Shown here piece after piece: positions 1 to 12,364 of a DNA stretch of 64,000 nucleotides. The notes under the pieces are model-generated. The model saw only the letters and a program-made list of their open reading frames with translations. It searched no databases and was not told where the DNA came from. The first letter of the stretch is position 1. Every line of letters starts with the position of its first letter. Source of the stretch: Magallana gigas (Eukaryota); NCBI RefSeq assembly GCF_963853765.1, contig NC_088860.1:37138001-37202000 (forward strand), given 5' to 3'. Both the position numbers and the translations under genes were made by a program.

Positions 1-1063
1 CACAAACCCGGTAATTTGACATAGATCGTGTAAAACTGTTGGAGTCTAATTCATTAACGTTCTCTGCGTGCCATCTGGATTTTGTCTCTATCTTATAACC
101 ATGAATTGAGTATATATATAGTGGCAAGTTAGGGTTATTGGAAAATGGAGGGCATTTCACTTTTTTTCTATTTGACAACATGTAGAGTTATGGAAAATAC
201 TAATTGATGTTCAGCTAAGCCGTTCAGAGTGTTGTCGCGTGATTGACGTTAAAAAATAGTATAACGCTAAGATTGACAAGTAAAACTTCAAGAAGACTTC
301 AAGGGACTGAATAAAGCAATTAAAATTAAAAGCAATCACTTATAAAGCAAAACCAAAAAACAATATTGGAACAATATAGCGTCTCAAATCGTTTGTCACT
401 CTCTCAGGTTCGACGCCGTGCTTAAAATTCTCATTGACCAACTGTTCGCATTCAGTTTCTTCTTGTGTGTTTTACTTTCGCCTACTCTAAAGTATTTAGT
501 TTTCTTGTGTTCGATTAAAGCTTTATTCATATTTTATTCTTCTTTTAACTTGACATTCATTCTTTACCATAATAATAAGAAAACGCGTGAATGCTTAAAA
601 CAAATCATATTTATTTTTAGCAAACAAATATGGCATTATGGTCACCAGTCACTTCATAAGAAACATTAATTTATAGTGAACAGCATGATCATCCAAGTCT
701 GCTTTGATGTGAATATTTGATTTAGTATACCAATGTGATTTTGAAACCAAATGTAATCTAGAGGACCAAATGTAATCTAGGGTACCAAATCAACCACCTG
801 CAACATGGCCAACATGTTGGTCCGATCAATTTCTTGTACGGAATGACTAGCAAATCAATGAAACCCCCGAAAGATCAGATTGTAAACAGCTAGAGACTGG
901 GTTTCAAAAATTTGCCCTAGTTATAACACAACTATAGTATTCTTTCTGGATTTTTTTTACTGAAAAACATTGACTTAAAATGTGTAGATCTTTGAGATTA
1001 CTGACATACACATTCACAAAGGATAGGGTGACAGTTGGATATCTCAGTCAGCACGGAATCCAT

Positions 1064-2502
1064 CGGTATACTCTAAAACCTGGCCTGGCCTGGCCTCAAA
1101 GTTTGCCTGGCCTCACTTTTGGCCTCAAAATTGGCCTGGCCCCAAATTTTGGCCTGGCCCATAAATTGGCCTCTTCAAAAATTTTTGGCCTCAAATTTAA
1201 AATTTATTTTTTTTATTTTCTTACATTTAGTTTGAATTTTTATTGATTTCTTTTAGAAATTAAAAATTCAATGCTCTTTTTTTTAATGTTTAAGGAATAA
1301 ATATATGAAAAAATATATATGACAAGTGACCAATTGTTCAAGTTTAATTAGTTTTATCCATGTCTAAACACACAAAAATTACCTATGACATGCATGTACA
1401 GCACTGATCTTACTATTGTTAAGGAATAGATTATGCCAATACCAAAGCGATTAACTTTAAAACTGAGAGCCCCCCCCCCCCCCATCTCCCATTTAAAAGA
1501 TAAACATCATTTTAAGAGACTGACCTGATCGATATCCAACATATTTGTAAACTGGTACATGGCATTAAATTGTTATCACTGTCTAGTGCACTTTAAAATT
1601 TGCATGCAGTTTGTTTACATTACCTGTCAATACCAATCAAGTCCAATTTCTCTCCCCAGCAGAAATTCGATATTCATCTTTTCTGTCGCTAATTTGCTGC
1701 ATAGGGGTCAGATTTATTGCCTATCCTGTCATTTAACATTTCACGCGGTCTAATTTAATTAATGGCATTTGTGAACAACTGCAGCATTGCATCTTCCGAT
1801 AACTTGACTCAGTGATGGTCATTAATCATCACCTCCTGATTAGAATAGATTCATGCATGTGTTGCTTGTATATTTAGGAAACAATTTTTCTCCTTTTGGA
1901 ATTGTCATTTTCAGAATTTGAACAAAACAAAACATTTTGTGACCTTTGATGTTGGTTAGAACAAGTATTGGCTTCAATTATTTTTTCTCAAACAAGTCGT
2001 TGGTAAAAGAAAAGTTACATAGCTATTGTCCGATCCTGAGAGCAATTTAATCTACATATATACAAAATAATGTCATGGTTATACAACGGCAGGCAAAATC
2101 ACATTCTTAAGTTCTTAAGAATTTAAATCAGACTGAAAAAAATCTATTAGAAGGGATTACTCGACATACCTTTAGTCATAATTATGCATTGTTAGTACTA
2201 TATTATCAATTGTAACTATTATTTTAAATAGACTATCACTATGAGACACTAAAGCCACAAAGTGGGATGTTTGATGTGCATTGAAAATAAATCAATAAAG
2301 ACTCAATAAAATCATCAAATATGTGAAGAAAATATAAAAATTAATTTGAGGCCAAAAATTTTTGAAGAGCCCAAATTGGAGGCCAGGCCAATTTTTGAGA
2401 CCAGGCCAAAATTTGGGGCCAGGCCAATTTTGAGGCCAAAAGTGAGGCCACTTTGAGGCCAGGCCAGGCCAATGGGACCAGGCCAGGTTTTAGTGTATGC
2501 CG
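1064..2502. mobile_element. Non-autonomous foldback/MITE-type DNA transposon with internally repetitive TIRs
   Basis: Left end CGGTATACTCTAAAACCTGGCC (1064) mirrors the reverse complement of the right end CGGCATACACTAAAACCTGGCC (2502). TIRs of about 150-190 bp are built from TGGCC units. Flanks AATCCAT (1057-1063) and AGTCCAT (2503-2509) form a candidate 7-bp TSD. No transposase ORF inside. Confidence 0.8.
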
Positions 2503-5029
2503 AGTCCATCGTATAAATTGTCTCGTTATTATTATCTTCAACTGAGAGAGATACTCCATTTATACCATTTTCACCAATTTGTAACACATATTACACAAAC
2601 AAAAATGCCGCGTCAAGATGGATTAAATTGTGCGCATAGTAAAGGGGTTAGAGTTTGTTTCATACAGGGTTTTGTGCTTCTCTTATTACTCGGAGGGATA
2701 ATCTTTTGTAATTGGATTTGTCGGTTTTGTGAATTGATTTGATTGAGGTGCTGGTGTGTATGTATCACCTTTATAAATATTACCGTTATAACAGTCGAAA
2801 ATGCTTTTAATTAATTTATAAATGCACATGTACCGACAATCAAGACAGACGACATAACAGCTGCATTGGTAGCATCGAGTCGACCTTTAATCCCAGATTT
2901 TATCATGGGTAAATTGTAAGAAAATCAAAGTTAGGGAAGTACTTATTGAAGATGGACTTTTCATTGAACATGAAAATTTTATCACAAGTGATAAAAAATG
3001 TTAATATTACTTCGTTTAATTTTATAATTGATCAAATATTAATATTACTTCATTTAATTTTTTAATTGATCATATATGTTTTAATCTTCGTTATTTTTTT
3101 AAAGGGGGTGTTAAATTGTAAAACTATTGAAATTGCTGCGCAACCGGACAAATCACAGGCTCCCGAATGAAATGCACACTCGCCGCGCTCGGACCCGAAG
3201 CGGGGGCCCACTCGCAGCAAAAGTCCACACACCAGTCATACATGTATACATACACGCTTAGAGTTGCATAACTCCGTGGGGGTGTTCATGTTTTGTTTTG
3301 TTTGGATGGTTTTTTTGTTTGTTTTTTGTTTGTTTTGTTTTGTGGGTTGTTTTTTTTGTGGGGGGGGGGGGTAAATTTTTTGTAATTTTTTCTCCTATGA
3401 TTGGAACAATGAACACGGAGAATTTCTTGGGTGTATATTTTTAAGCCGATATACGTTCAAGTAAATTGACTCACGAAAATGTCTACAAATAATTCAAGAT
3501 GCTCATGAATTCAACTCGGTACGTTAAGGATGTTTTATGTGATAATAAAAAGCAATTTCTTATCCAGGAATCATTTATTTAATTAGCAAGTTGGGTATGT
3601 ATATAATGAATTGAAACATGAAAACGCCGGTAATTTAAAATGATTCTAGATTTTCGAAGAGATAAGCAAGCTATAAGTTGAAGATGATAAGGCGCAAAGG
3701 TCTTGAGTGCTGAGCGAATTACTGGGACAATCTCGTTTATCAATGACATCACATGAAGCCGAGACATGCAAATGTGGTTGAAGTTGTGTTATTTCGACGA
3801 ACTCAAATATCAAATTTCTAAGCAACTGCTTAATCGAAACTTTCTATCTTTGTGAAAGTCTTCAGTTATACAAGAAAACATATTCTATGGATGTTTTAAC
3901 ATGTGCCACGACCTGACTTTAGCGTAAAATTAAAACGAACACATGCAGAAATAAGGCTGAAGTATTGTATTTCGATGAATGGCCTAATCAAAAACAGAAG
4001 TTGTGAATATTTCCTCTCTTTCTTACGATAAGAAAGTTTACATTGGAAATTGAGATTTTCATTAAATTTACAATGTGACACATGATATAGACACTTTCTT
4101 TCGAGTTATTGAAATCATTGCTGTATATTGAAATTCGCTTTGGAACGAAGGAGAGTACCTAATGCTTATTTAAAATCAATCAATCAATCAACCAACCAAT
4201 CAATCAACCAATCAATCAATACAGTTACGTCTTTATTTCTGTCTCTATCACAATATATATTATAACATTTTATAAAATGAATTCTAAAAAAAAGTTTGTG
4301 CATTAAATCAGGTGGCAGCTCTTTTTAACAATTATAACTGCTTTTTAGTTTGCACAGATCGACTGTCCAGAGGTTAGCACTTGTAGTACTTAAATGTAGA
4401 TTGAAACTACAACATCTAAAAATAGAATCATTCAACAAGTATCGATACTGCATTCATAGGACCGAATTGTTTGTACTAATTTGTTTGTTCTAATTTGTTT
4501 GTACTAATTTGTAAATTCAATTACTAGGGTGCATGGGAATTATACAAGCCGTTGTAGAATTAGTTGGGCTTAGCTGCTATAAACATGAAGCGAACTCTTT
4601 AGAACAATTTTAATAAGAGCTTGGACTTTGGTTAGTTGTGTCAAACATCAATGTGACGTAGGCTAGCTGTCTATTGCTTTGTAGGCCACTCAGTCGTGGC
4701 TCTTTGAAATCAACAAGATTTGTCTGGCTTTTGAGCTAATGCTACCCAATCGATGTAAATTTCGCTTGAAACCAGCGTCATTTTAACTTGTTTGACGCAA
4801 GAAATAGATAGTTACATCCTACTGAAAGTCCAAGGCCTTGTTAAAATGGTTCTAATACTCACTTGGAGCATGCCCTGTGAAGACAAAGGAAACTGAAATG
4901 ATGGGGAAAACCCACTATTACATTATACATATTGCACTCAAAAGACACTTTCACAAATGCTCCTCACGTGCAGATTTACGTTACGATGAATTAATGTTCG
5001 CAGGTCTGAGAGAAAAAAGATTGCGTAAT

Positions 5030-5072
<43 letters not shown>

Positions 5073-5106
5073 GGGGGGGAATAGTGCAAGCAACTGTCAT
5101 GTTTAG

Positions 5107-5410
5107 CACTGGCGTCGGAAGCAAATTGAAAGGGGGGGGCTAGACTAATCCTAAGAAATGTTGAAAAAAAAACTTATTCCCAAAATCACGGAAATCCTAA
5201 TCTGTGTGTGTGTGTGTGGGGGGGGGGGGGGGAGATAGCTATACTTCCAAAAAAACAATCTTCCCTACCAATAATTTTTTCCCCCAAATCATGAAATTCC
5301 TAATTCGTAGGGGGGGGGGGGCTACTGTGCCTCTGAATCCAACTTCTCAAGGTAAAAGGTACAATAATCTTTCCTTCGAGAAAAAGTGGGGGGGGGGGGG
5401 CTGAACCCTT
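5107..5410. mobile_element. G-tract MITE-like dispersed repeat (CA(C/G)TGGCGTCGGAAGCAAATTG family), copy 1
   Basis: Same start as the 44650 copy (GGCGTCGGAAGCAAATTGAAAG-Gn-CTAGACT), with several poly-G runs. Right boundary is approximate. Confidence 0.6.
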
Positions 5411-5632
5411 GGTTTTACATTACATTGTACATATGTTGTTTTCTTTATTAAATAAATGTTATTTAGGCGTTAATCTTTATGTGCAAATAAATTCATTATT
5501 TATGTTTTGATATTTATTTCACCATTTATCACCATGTGACCAATTATAACTGCCTCAAATAACTTTAACTTAAAATCCATTTCCATTCCGTTTACTTTCG
5601 GTTCTTTGATTTAATCATTGTGGATGGCGTGC

Positions 5633-5740
5633 TGACGTGCTGGCTTAGCCTAGTTGTATTTAACCGCGTGTTGTGTGCCGATGCTTTTCAGTAGCTGAGA
5701 GTGATCCCGGAACATAGATTCTGATATTAAGCACTAAGGT
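5633..5740 (+). promoter_or_regulatory. Candidate SCP core promoter and non-coding exon 1
   Basis: TGACGT (5633-5638), TATTTAA (5657-5663), Inr-like TCAGT with A at 5690 (33 nt after the TATA start), donor AAG|GTTAGT at 5738/5739. The SCP ATG sits 1 nt after an acceptor, so an upstream non-coding exon is needed. Assigning this one to SCP is inference. Confidence 0.45.
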
Positions 5741-6088
5741 TAGTTGCATGCAGATCTTGTGATTTTTTATTTATTTTCTTGTTTGTTTTTTTGTTTTTGT
5801 TTTTTGGGGGGTGCATATTTAATGATAACGATCTACATTAATTTAATTGCGCAGTTTGCGGTTTGTGGTAAATGCCACATACCTTATATTCTAAATTCCG
5901 GTTTAGTATTTAAAAAGAGCGTATCGTAAGACCAAAAAAAAGGGTCACGTCCCATTTAAATATAGCGTAATAAAAAATGCAAAGACTTGCAATGAAGATT
6001 AATTGTGGTGTCTTAATTTACAAACTGCATTCGTAGGGGGTTCGAGTGTGGATTAAATATGAGGCATGCGATGCTGAATAGACATAAA

Positions 6089-6090
<2 letters not shown>

Positions 6091-6143
<53 letters not shown>

Positions 6144-6256
6144 TCTCTCTCTCATTTGATCAGGTCATTTAAAGACATATCTATAACTAGATAATGCGCG
6201 TACGATGGAATGCTGAATTGACATAAACGTAATTTTTCATGTTTTCACAATTCTCT

Positions 6257-6319
<63 letters not shown>
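6091..6319. repeat. Two (CT)n microsatellites
   Basis: CT runs at about 6091-6152 and 6261-6319. Confidence 0.95.
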
Positions 6320-6323
<4 letters not shown>

Positions 6324-7026
6324 AAAGAAAGATTATATGAACAAACAACAAACCTTTGTGTCACCCGATGTCAATAGGAAATGAAAACAAATTACTACAT
6401 ACGTGCATTATAATGATAAAGAATATAGTTATGAACGTCATATCTTGGCTGTATAAAGGCTTAACTTGTACGGCCGTACAGTGGCCTAGCTAATATTTCC
6501 ATTAGGAGCCCCGTCTGTATTGATTAACAGAAGGAAGTCAGTCATTATTCTCCATCAAATGGAGGTGCACACACGTTATTATCTTTAATCATATTATAAC
6601 AAAGGTCAAGAAGTCGGCAACTGCAATTCACAAAATCTGCTTCAGTTAATAGGTTGTTCGGAAAACCTGTTTAAAACAAATACACTGTACTTTTTTTCTC
6701 GCTCAGCCTGCTAATTTCTTTTATTAAAAACTTCAAATATCCTAGGCTAGTTTTCATTCATGTTACATTTTCAAGTCACATGTACACATTTTGTGTAGCA
6801 AGTGCTTGTGTTTTATAAAAGACTACTGTTGTTGTTTCACCATGTGTGCAATATTATTATCACAGTCATAACATCCGCTGTTCTCCATAGCCAAACTTAA
6901 TTTAAAATCTTACAACATTTAACTGGTGCTAATGAGGGTTTCCATAGTGCCAACACCTTGCACTAGAGCGTATCGTACGCTCCAATTGTTCTCGGGAATT
7001 TTTGAGAATGATGTACATGTAGGTCC

Positions 7027-7395
7027 ATGCGCGGATCTAAAAAGGAGAAAGGGAGAGGGGTCAGGATCGATGCCCTGTTGGGAAAATTAATTAAAACTAA
7101 TTATGTTCTCATAAAAAGGTTAACGATAAAAACAGAATGCAGCAAAGGACCTCACCCACACATCCCCCGGAAAACAAAATTAACCCTCGGACCTTTCCTA
7201 GCTGGGAAAGAATTCTACATCCGCGCGTGGACTTTGAGTATTGAAAGCAAGCGCGGATCCAGAATTTTTTCCAGGGGGGCGGGTCCGATGGATAATTTTG
7301 TTTTTCCAGTGGGTCCGAGGCCTATTTTGAGAATTTTACTATGTGAATTTAATAAATTTGAAATTTTCCAAAGCCCCCCCCCCCAAGATCCGCGC
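7027..7395. mobile_element. Two adjacent short MITE-like elements with GCGCGGAT...ATCCGCGC termini
   Basis: 7027-7228 (ATGCGCGGAT / ATCCGCGCGT) and 7251-7395 (GCGCGGATC / GATCCGCGC), both with G- and C-tracts inside. A related copy lies at 40528-40666. Confidence 0.6.
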
Positions 7396-8650
7396 ACGAA
7401 TGCGTACATATCCGGGGTTTTTTTCTTTACCTAGGAATCTAAGGCTATAGATGGTAATTTTTTTCATCGTCGGTAACCCACGTGTGACTCAATCATTTTG
7501 GACTCAAAACCGTGATTTGCGACGATGAGTGTTTTTTTTCACTTGCGGTCGTTTTACATACAATACTAATGTAAATTTTAAGTGACAACTATTGACGAAG
7601 TACCTACTAAAGCCAATGCTTGCATTCATGTTCAAGTCAGCGTTTAACTAGTGAGTGAAAATAAAACTATACCACTTCAAAAAGTTATTTAAAAGCGTCA
7701 CGACGAATACCACATGACACATAGTTTATTTCGACACATGCACACACTCCTCTATTCATTATTCGGTAAAGTACACCTTTTAATGTCAATTTCTTTACAT
7801 CCCGTTCCCTTCACACCGCCTACATCCTTGTGTGGAAGGCCATGGGTTTGATTCCTGTCTGCGACAATATTGGTTCATGAAAATAAACGGCATAATGAAT
7901 AAAATGTTATGTAACACATCTAATGGAAAAAACTGACTCTCTGCTATCTTGCAAACTACAGTATTTTTTACAATTTATCTGGCTATTATCATGTTATTTC
8001 ATGTGCAACGTATATTTCATACAGCGTTGTACCATGTTTTGGCATATAAAAAATGAAAGTAAAAATAATTCCCAAACTCTCCCAAACTCTCTCAACTGAA
8101 TACAAAAATGTGGCCTTTGATATAAGTGAGTGGAAACGTATGTTCCGAAGAAGTGCATACTAAGGAATGCTTGAGCGTTAACTAAAGAGGCAAGCTAAGA
8201 ACTGGTCGTAATTCCTTATTACGTAGATGTTTTATTTAATTATTTTCTCCTTAACGCTTGTTTGAATCATTTAATATCTGAAGTAAACTTCAAGAACTGC
8301 TTCACTAACTATAGTTTCAGAAACATTTCATTCTGCAGACATATACATTCTGGAATCGAGCTTAATATAAAGTTTCTCATGTGTTGGTAACTTGGTTTGC
8401 CGTGAGTGTGGGGGAAGGGGGTGGGGGGGGGGGTGGAATGCCCTTCATAATCCTTCAATCCGTGACATGGAGGAGAAAAACCCAGTCGTATCCACCTTCT
8501 CCATATTTTTTATTGTCATTTCGGTTTTTTTTTCTGTTTTGTCATTTATTTCTTATTTGTTTTTACCTGGCTTACTTTTAAATTCCGGTATGACCAGTAA
8601 CACTTTTTAAACTTTAACTCAAGAAATTACATTGTAACTTTAGCCTTTAA

Positions 8651-9144
8651 AGGTGCATGGTCACGATTTTGGTCAAATTCTGTTTTTCTGTTTTTATTCA
8701 TTGCAATGCTTTAGGAATGCATTTCTAATGATTAAATAAAATTTGAGAGTCAGTCGTAGAGCTATAAGCAAGATACAGGACTCACAATTCTTTGTCATGT
8801 AAACAAGCCTCGCGCCCTGTTTTTGTTTACGTAGGATCAATATACCTCTAAAATATCTTTTTCATGCTGTTTGTATATATCCTCTTATTCGTTTTTAGCA
8901 TAAATAAACAGCTTCTGACATTTAACACATTCATTTTAGTTCTATAATTAGAATTTCCACTTCAACATTCAAAATATAAACAAAGACTTTGTTTATATAG
9001 CAAAGAATTGTAAACTCTATAACTCGCTTATAATTTAACAAATGACACTAAAATTTTGGTTGCGTATTAAAAATGCCTTACAAAAGCATTGTAAACATTA
9101 AAATCGGAAGAAGAATTTTTGATCAAAATCGTGACCATGCCCCT
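8651..9144. mobile_element. Kolobok-like non-autonomous DNA transposon, copy 1
   Basis: TIR AGG(T/G)GCATGGTCACGATTTTG(G/A)TCAAA, TTAA on both flanks (8647-8650, 9145-9148), 494 bp. Near-collinear copy at 57826-58323. TTAA TSD plus RR termini is the Kolobok signature. Confidence 0.8.
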
Positions 9145-9415
9145 TTAATTATGCCGTATGGCAATTCGTAAACTAGAAGAACGGACATTCATATCTCATT
9201 TTATTGCATTTTATTGAAAGTATTGCCTTCATCTTCCAGTAAAGGACTTTTTATGTTTAGTTTAGTAATAAAATGAACTTTGATATTCCCCTTTAGTTCT
9301 CCTCCGTAAACCCATGCGCACATGGTTTAAACAAACCTTAAATTTACCACATCATGATGCTTCATATTATGTAATGTAATGTAATTGTATGTAATACAAT
9401 TCTGATAATACAGGG

Positions 9416-10020
9416 TACCTGTAAAGTGCGAAACAAAACGAAACCGAACCAATCGAAACGAAGCCAAAAATAAAAACGAAACGAAACCAAAAATCGAAAC
9501 GAAACAAATCCTAAGTAACAAAAAGTTTCTGTCTGGCAGTTTCTATATTAATATGAATACATCAGTGAAAAACATTATAATATAATTTTTATAAGTACCG
9601 CTTAAGTATTTACACCGGCAATCTTAAAAATTCAGGTTGTTATTTATTGTTTAAAATTTTACTTCAATGAATTAGTAGTCACTTTTATGTAGTCGTAATT
9701 GAATTACTAGTAATTATTAAAGTTCTCTGCAGTTCATATAGGCGCTCCCCAGCTAATTTTGTAAATGACGATTTATATCTATTTATATTGGCTGTGTCTA
9801 CCCTCTATACATGTACTATAGTTGGTTTTATAGTATAGAGGATAGACATATATAAATAGATATCGTTCGTCATTTATAAATTAGCTGGGGAGCCCATATG
9901 CTTCAGTTTTGTTTAAAATATTTTCTGTTTCGTCTGTTTCCTTTCGTTTCGATTTTTTGGGGGTTCGTTTCGTTTGGATTGGTTTCGTTTCAATTTTTTT
10001 TTCGCACCAATTTACAGGTA
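9416..10020. mobile_element. MITE with TA flanks and GAAAC subterminal repeats
   Basis: TA-CCTGTAAA..TGCGAAA at the left end and TTTCGCA..TTTACAGG-TA at the right end. (C)GAAAC arrays on the left are mirrored by GTTTC(G) arrays on the right. Confidence 0.75.
9735..9900. mobile_element. Palindromic hairpin MITE nested in the 9416-10020 element
   Basis: Arms GCTCCCCAGCTAATTT..TAAATGACGA..ATATCTATTTATAT and their reverse complement, with a short spacer. Confidence 0.75.
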
Positions 10021-10199
10021 GCCAATATTATAACAAGATACATATTTTTCAATTGTTTCTTAAAAGTTTTTATCACCCACTATACTAGTATCTAAACTTT
10101 CTCCTTGGGAAAAGAAGAGGGTGTCTTTTGTAATTAAGCTTGTTTAGTTTTTTTTAACAAAAAATACTTTCTGTCAAGGTTTGATTAAACTGGATTAAA

Positions 10200-10295
10200 A
10201 ATCCTGTAGGTGACCACGAATAGTCAATTACGACATTGACACCGGCAGACGACACAGCTAAGCTCACCCGAGTCATTGGCTCAAATGAGCTAAAA
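10200..10295. mobile_element. Terminal fragment of a HINE/Helentron-like element
   Basis: Ends with hairpin AGCTCACCCGAG..CTCAAATGAGCT plus AAAA, as at the end of the 53245-54838 element. Confidence 0.5.
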
Positions 10296-10494
10296 TGATT
10301 TTGATTAAAATAACTCCAAAGGGACATAAAGATTAAATTGAAAACAAATCAAATTACCCGTCCCTCATTCACTGTGAAATGGTATCAAGCGAAGTAGACA
10401 GATAATTTTTGTTGCTATTTCGAGATGAAAGTAATAATTTGTTAAATGTTATATATTAACAACAAAAACGTGTCTGGTTCATTTCCCTTGTAGA

Positions 10495-11034
10495 ATGGAT
10501 TACCTAAAGACAAAATGGGCAATTTGGTTCAAATCTCTGGATGCTGATAAGGATAACAAAATAACACCTGAAGACATGCAGATTTCTGCCAAAAAGTTCG
10601 AGGAAATTCGGAAACTAATAGGAGATAAGGGGTCCGTAGACGGAGCGGAGTTCGACAACACAAAATGGTGGAACGACTACATCTTCCGTAAGGGTCCCGG
10701 GGTGTCGATGACGAAAGACGAATTCGTGGAATCCCTCGCAGAGGCCTACCAAAAAGACAAAGCGGCTTTCCGCCAAGAAATGGAGCGATGTTTCGGCGAC
10801 ATCGCCAAATTCGTCACGGAGAATATGGACCGTCCTATACAGGAGCAGGAATTCGCCTTTGGGTTCAAGGTGTTCGGTCAGGAGGATGCCGGACAGGTAG
10901 CGAAGGCCTTCCAGCTGTTCACGGCCGCTTACGGGCAGCCCACGGTACAGCAGATAGTGGACGCTTGGGTCCAGTTCATTACAGACGATGATCAAAGCAA
11001 ACAGGATATGATTAAGGAGGCTTTTGGAAACTGA
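10495..11034 (+). CDS. Sarcoplasmic calcium-binding protein (SCP, EF-hand family), 179 aa, single coding exon
   Basis: Canonical EF loop DADKDNKITPED after a W-rich helix (KWAIWFKSL), plus degenerate later EF units. Acceptor TTCCCTTGTAG at 10493 directly before the ATG. GC-rich codons in an AT-rich background. Resembles, from memory and unverified, the oyster SCP allergen. Confidence 0.9.
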   Translation: MDYLKTKWAIWFKSLDADKDNKITPEDMQISAKKFEEIRKLIGDKGSVDGAEFDNTKWWNDYIFRKGPGVSMTKDEFVESLAEAYQKDKAAFRQEMERCFGDIAKFVTENMDRPIQEQEFAFGFKVFGQEDAGQVAKAFQLFTAAYGQPTVQQIVDAWVQFITDDDQSKQDMIKEAFGN

Positions 11035-12364
11035 AACCAATCACGTGACAGTGTTCTAAGAAAAAAAAATACTTATATATTTGTGGATGTACCATTACCT
11101 GTTGTCTTTTATAATGTTATTTTTTTCCATTTAATTCATATTTTTTCATTTAACAAAAAATTTACCTCTGTGTAATTAAATTTATTTTAAAAAACATATG
11201 GCAGATATCATTAAATTACATCGTTTAATAGTGAATACAGCTGATTTCTTAGAGGCCTAAAATTAATGAAAATTTTTTACAATTGTATTGGTAAATCCTA
11301 AGACTTTTGTTCAATACTAGACACACTTGTTGCAGCTGTCTTTCTCACCATGCAGTTTTGAGGAGACCCTTGAATTATTTAAGATGATGATATGGTTTGG
11401 ACATGTTTCATTGGAAGACGGATTAATTCAGATTTGTGGAATCCTCCTACAGGCCTGCAGTAAACATTTGAATATGCTTCAAAAAATTCCATATCATGCA
11501 AACAGCAACACTTTCTGGGAACTACTTGGGAAAGATATCCTCCTTTGCAAGTAAATTGCCTATTTGGGATGATACAGTACATCTTTGATGCTTTGATTTA
11601 TTTCAGCAACGCTTTAAAATATCACACTTGAGTCTGAACACAATTCTTCTTGATGTTGTAAAGATGAAACACAGTGATTAAGAAGAATCAACAAGTAACA
11701 CAAAAACAATCTTTTGAGGTAACAACACAATGCAAAACAATTCACAATTTTATTCCACATTGAAACCTCTATGTACAAGTTATTAATAATTTGGTTCCTG
11801 TCAATCAATGAATTCTCTGTGTGTCAGTCATACTGAATCTGATGATGTCATATAGAACAAGTACACATCCCTACGATACAATGCTGGAGCTATTGAAAAA
11901 AAAAACAACAATTCTTTGCAATTACGTAACACAATCATCAAGTCAAACTGCATCTTCATGATGAAAGATAAATATGAAAGGGATGACATCTAATCTAAAA
12001 GAGAAAAGTACTGTACACATGGAGCACACTTATAGATAAATGTAATAATTCATTTCCAATATTCAGTGAATTCAAGATGCAGAAGTTGGACAACTGTAAA
12101 AATCCATTCCTAAAGAGTCACTGAATTATGCTATTTACACAGAATAAAAATTCCTCATGGTAAAAATAAAGCAGTTTTTCTTAATAAAAAGCGAACCCCC
12201 AAAATCGAACAAAAGTTGGACCATATTTTCTATATAACGTGACATTGACGGACAACATAAGTTACGACTCTAAGGTCAACAATGAGGTCTGTAGGTCTAC
12301 GATGGCAGTATTTCTGGAAATCTTGTGTACCCGAACACAATTCATCATTATCGTTAACAAAGTG

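Noticed and set aside
980-2587. ORFs 980-1246, 2315-2587 and 2341-2559 with LAWP/GLA repeats
   Set aside because: Translations of the TGGCC-repeat TIRs of the foldback element; no coding signature.
3150-3215. ATGAA-containing stem as a possible SECIS or snRNA
   Set aside because: No complementary arm for a SECIS core, no selenoprotein nearby, and no match to snRNA sequences I know.
5031-5080. Long poly-A followed by poly-G as a retrocopy tail or G-quadruplex element
   Set aside because: No upstream retrocopy body or TSD; homopolymer G-runs are common in the local MITE families.
10615-11040. 141-aa antisense ORF and 10788-10991 shifted-frame ORF over SCP
   Set aside because: Expected shadows of a GC-rich coding exon; no recognisable product or splice signals.
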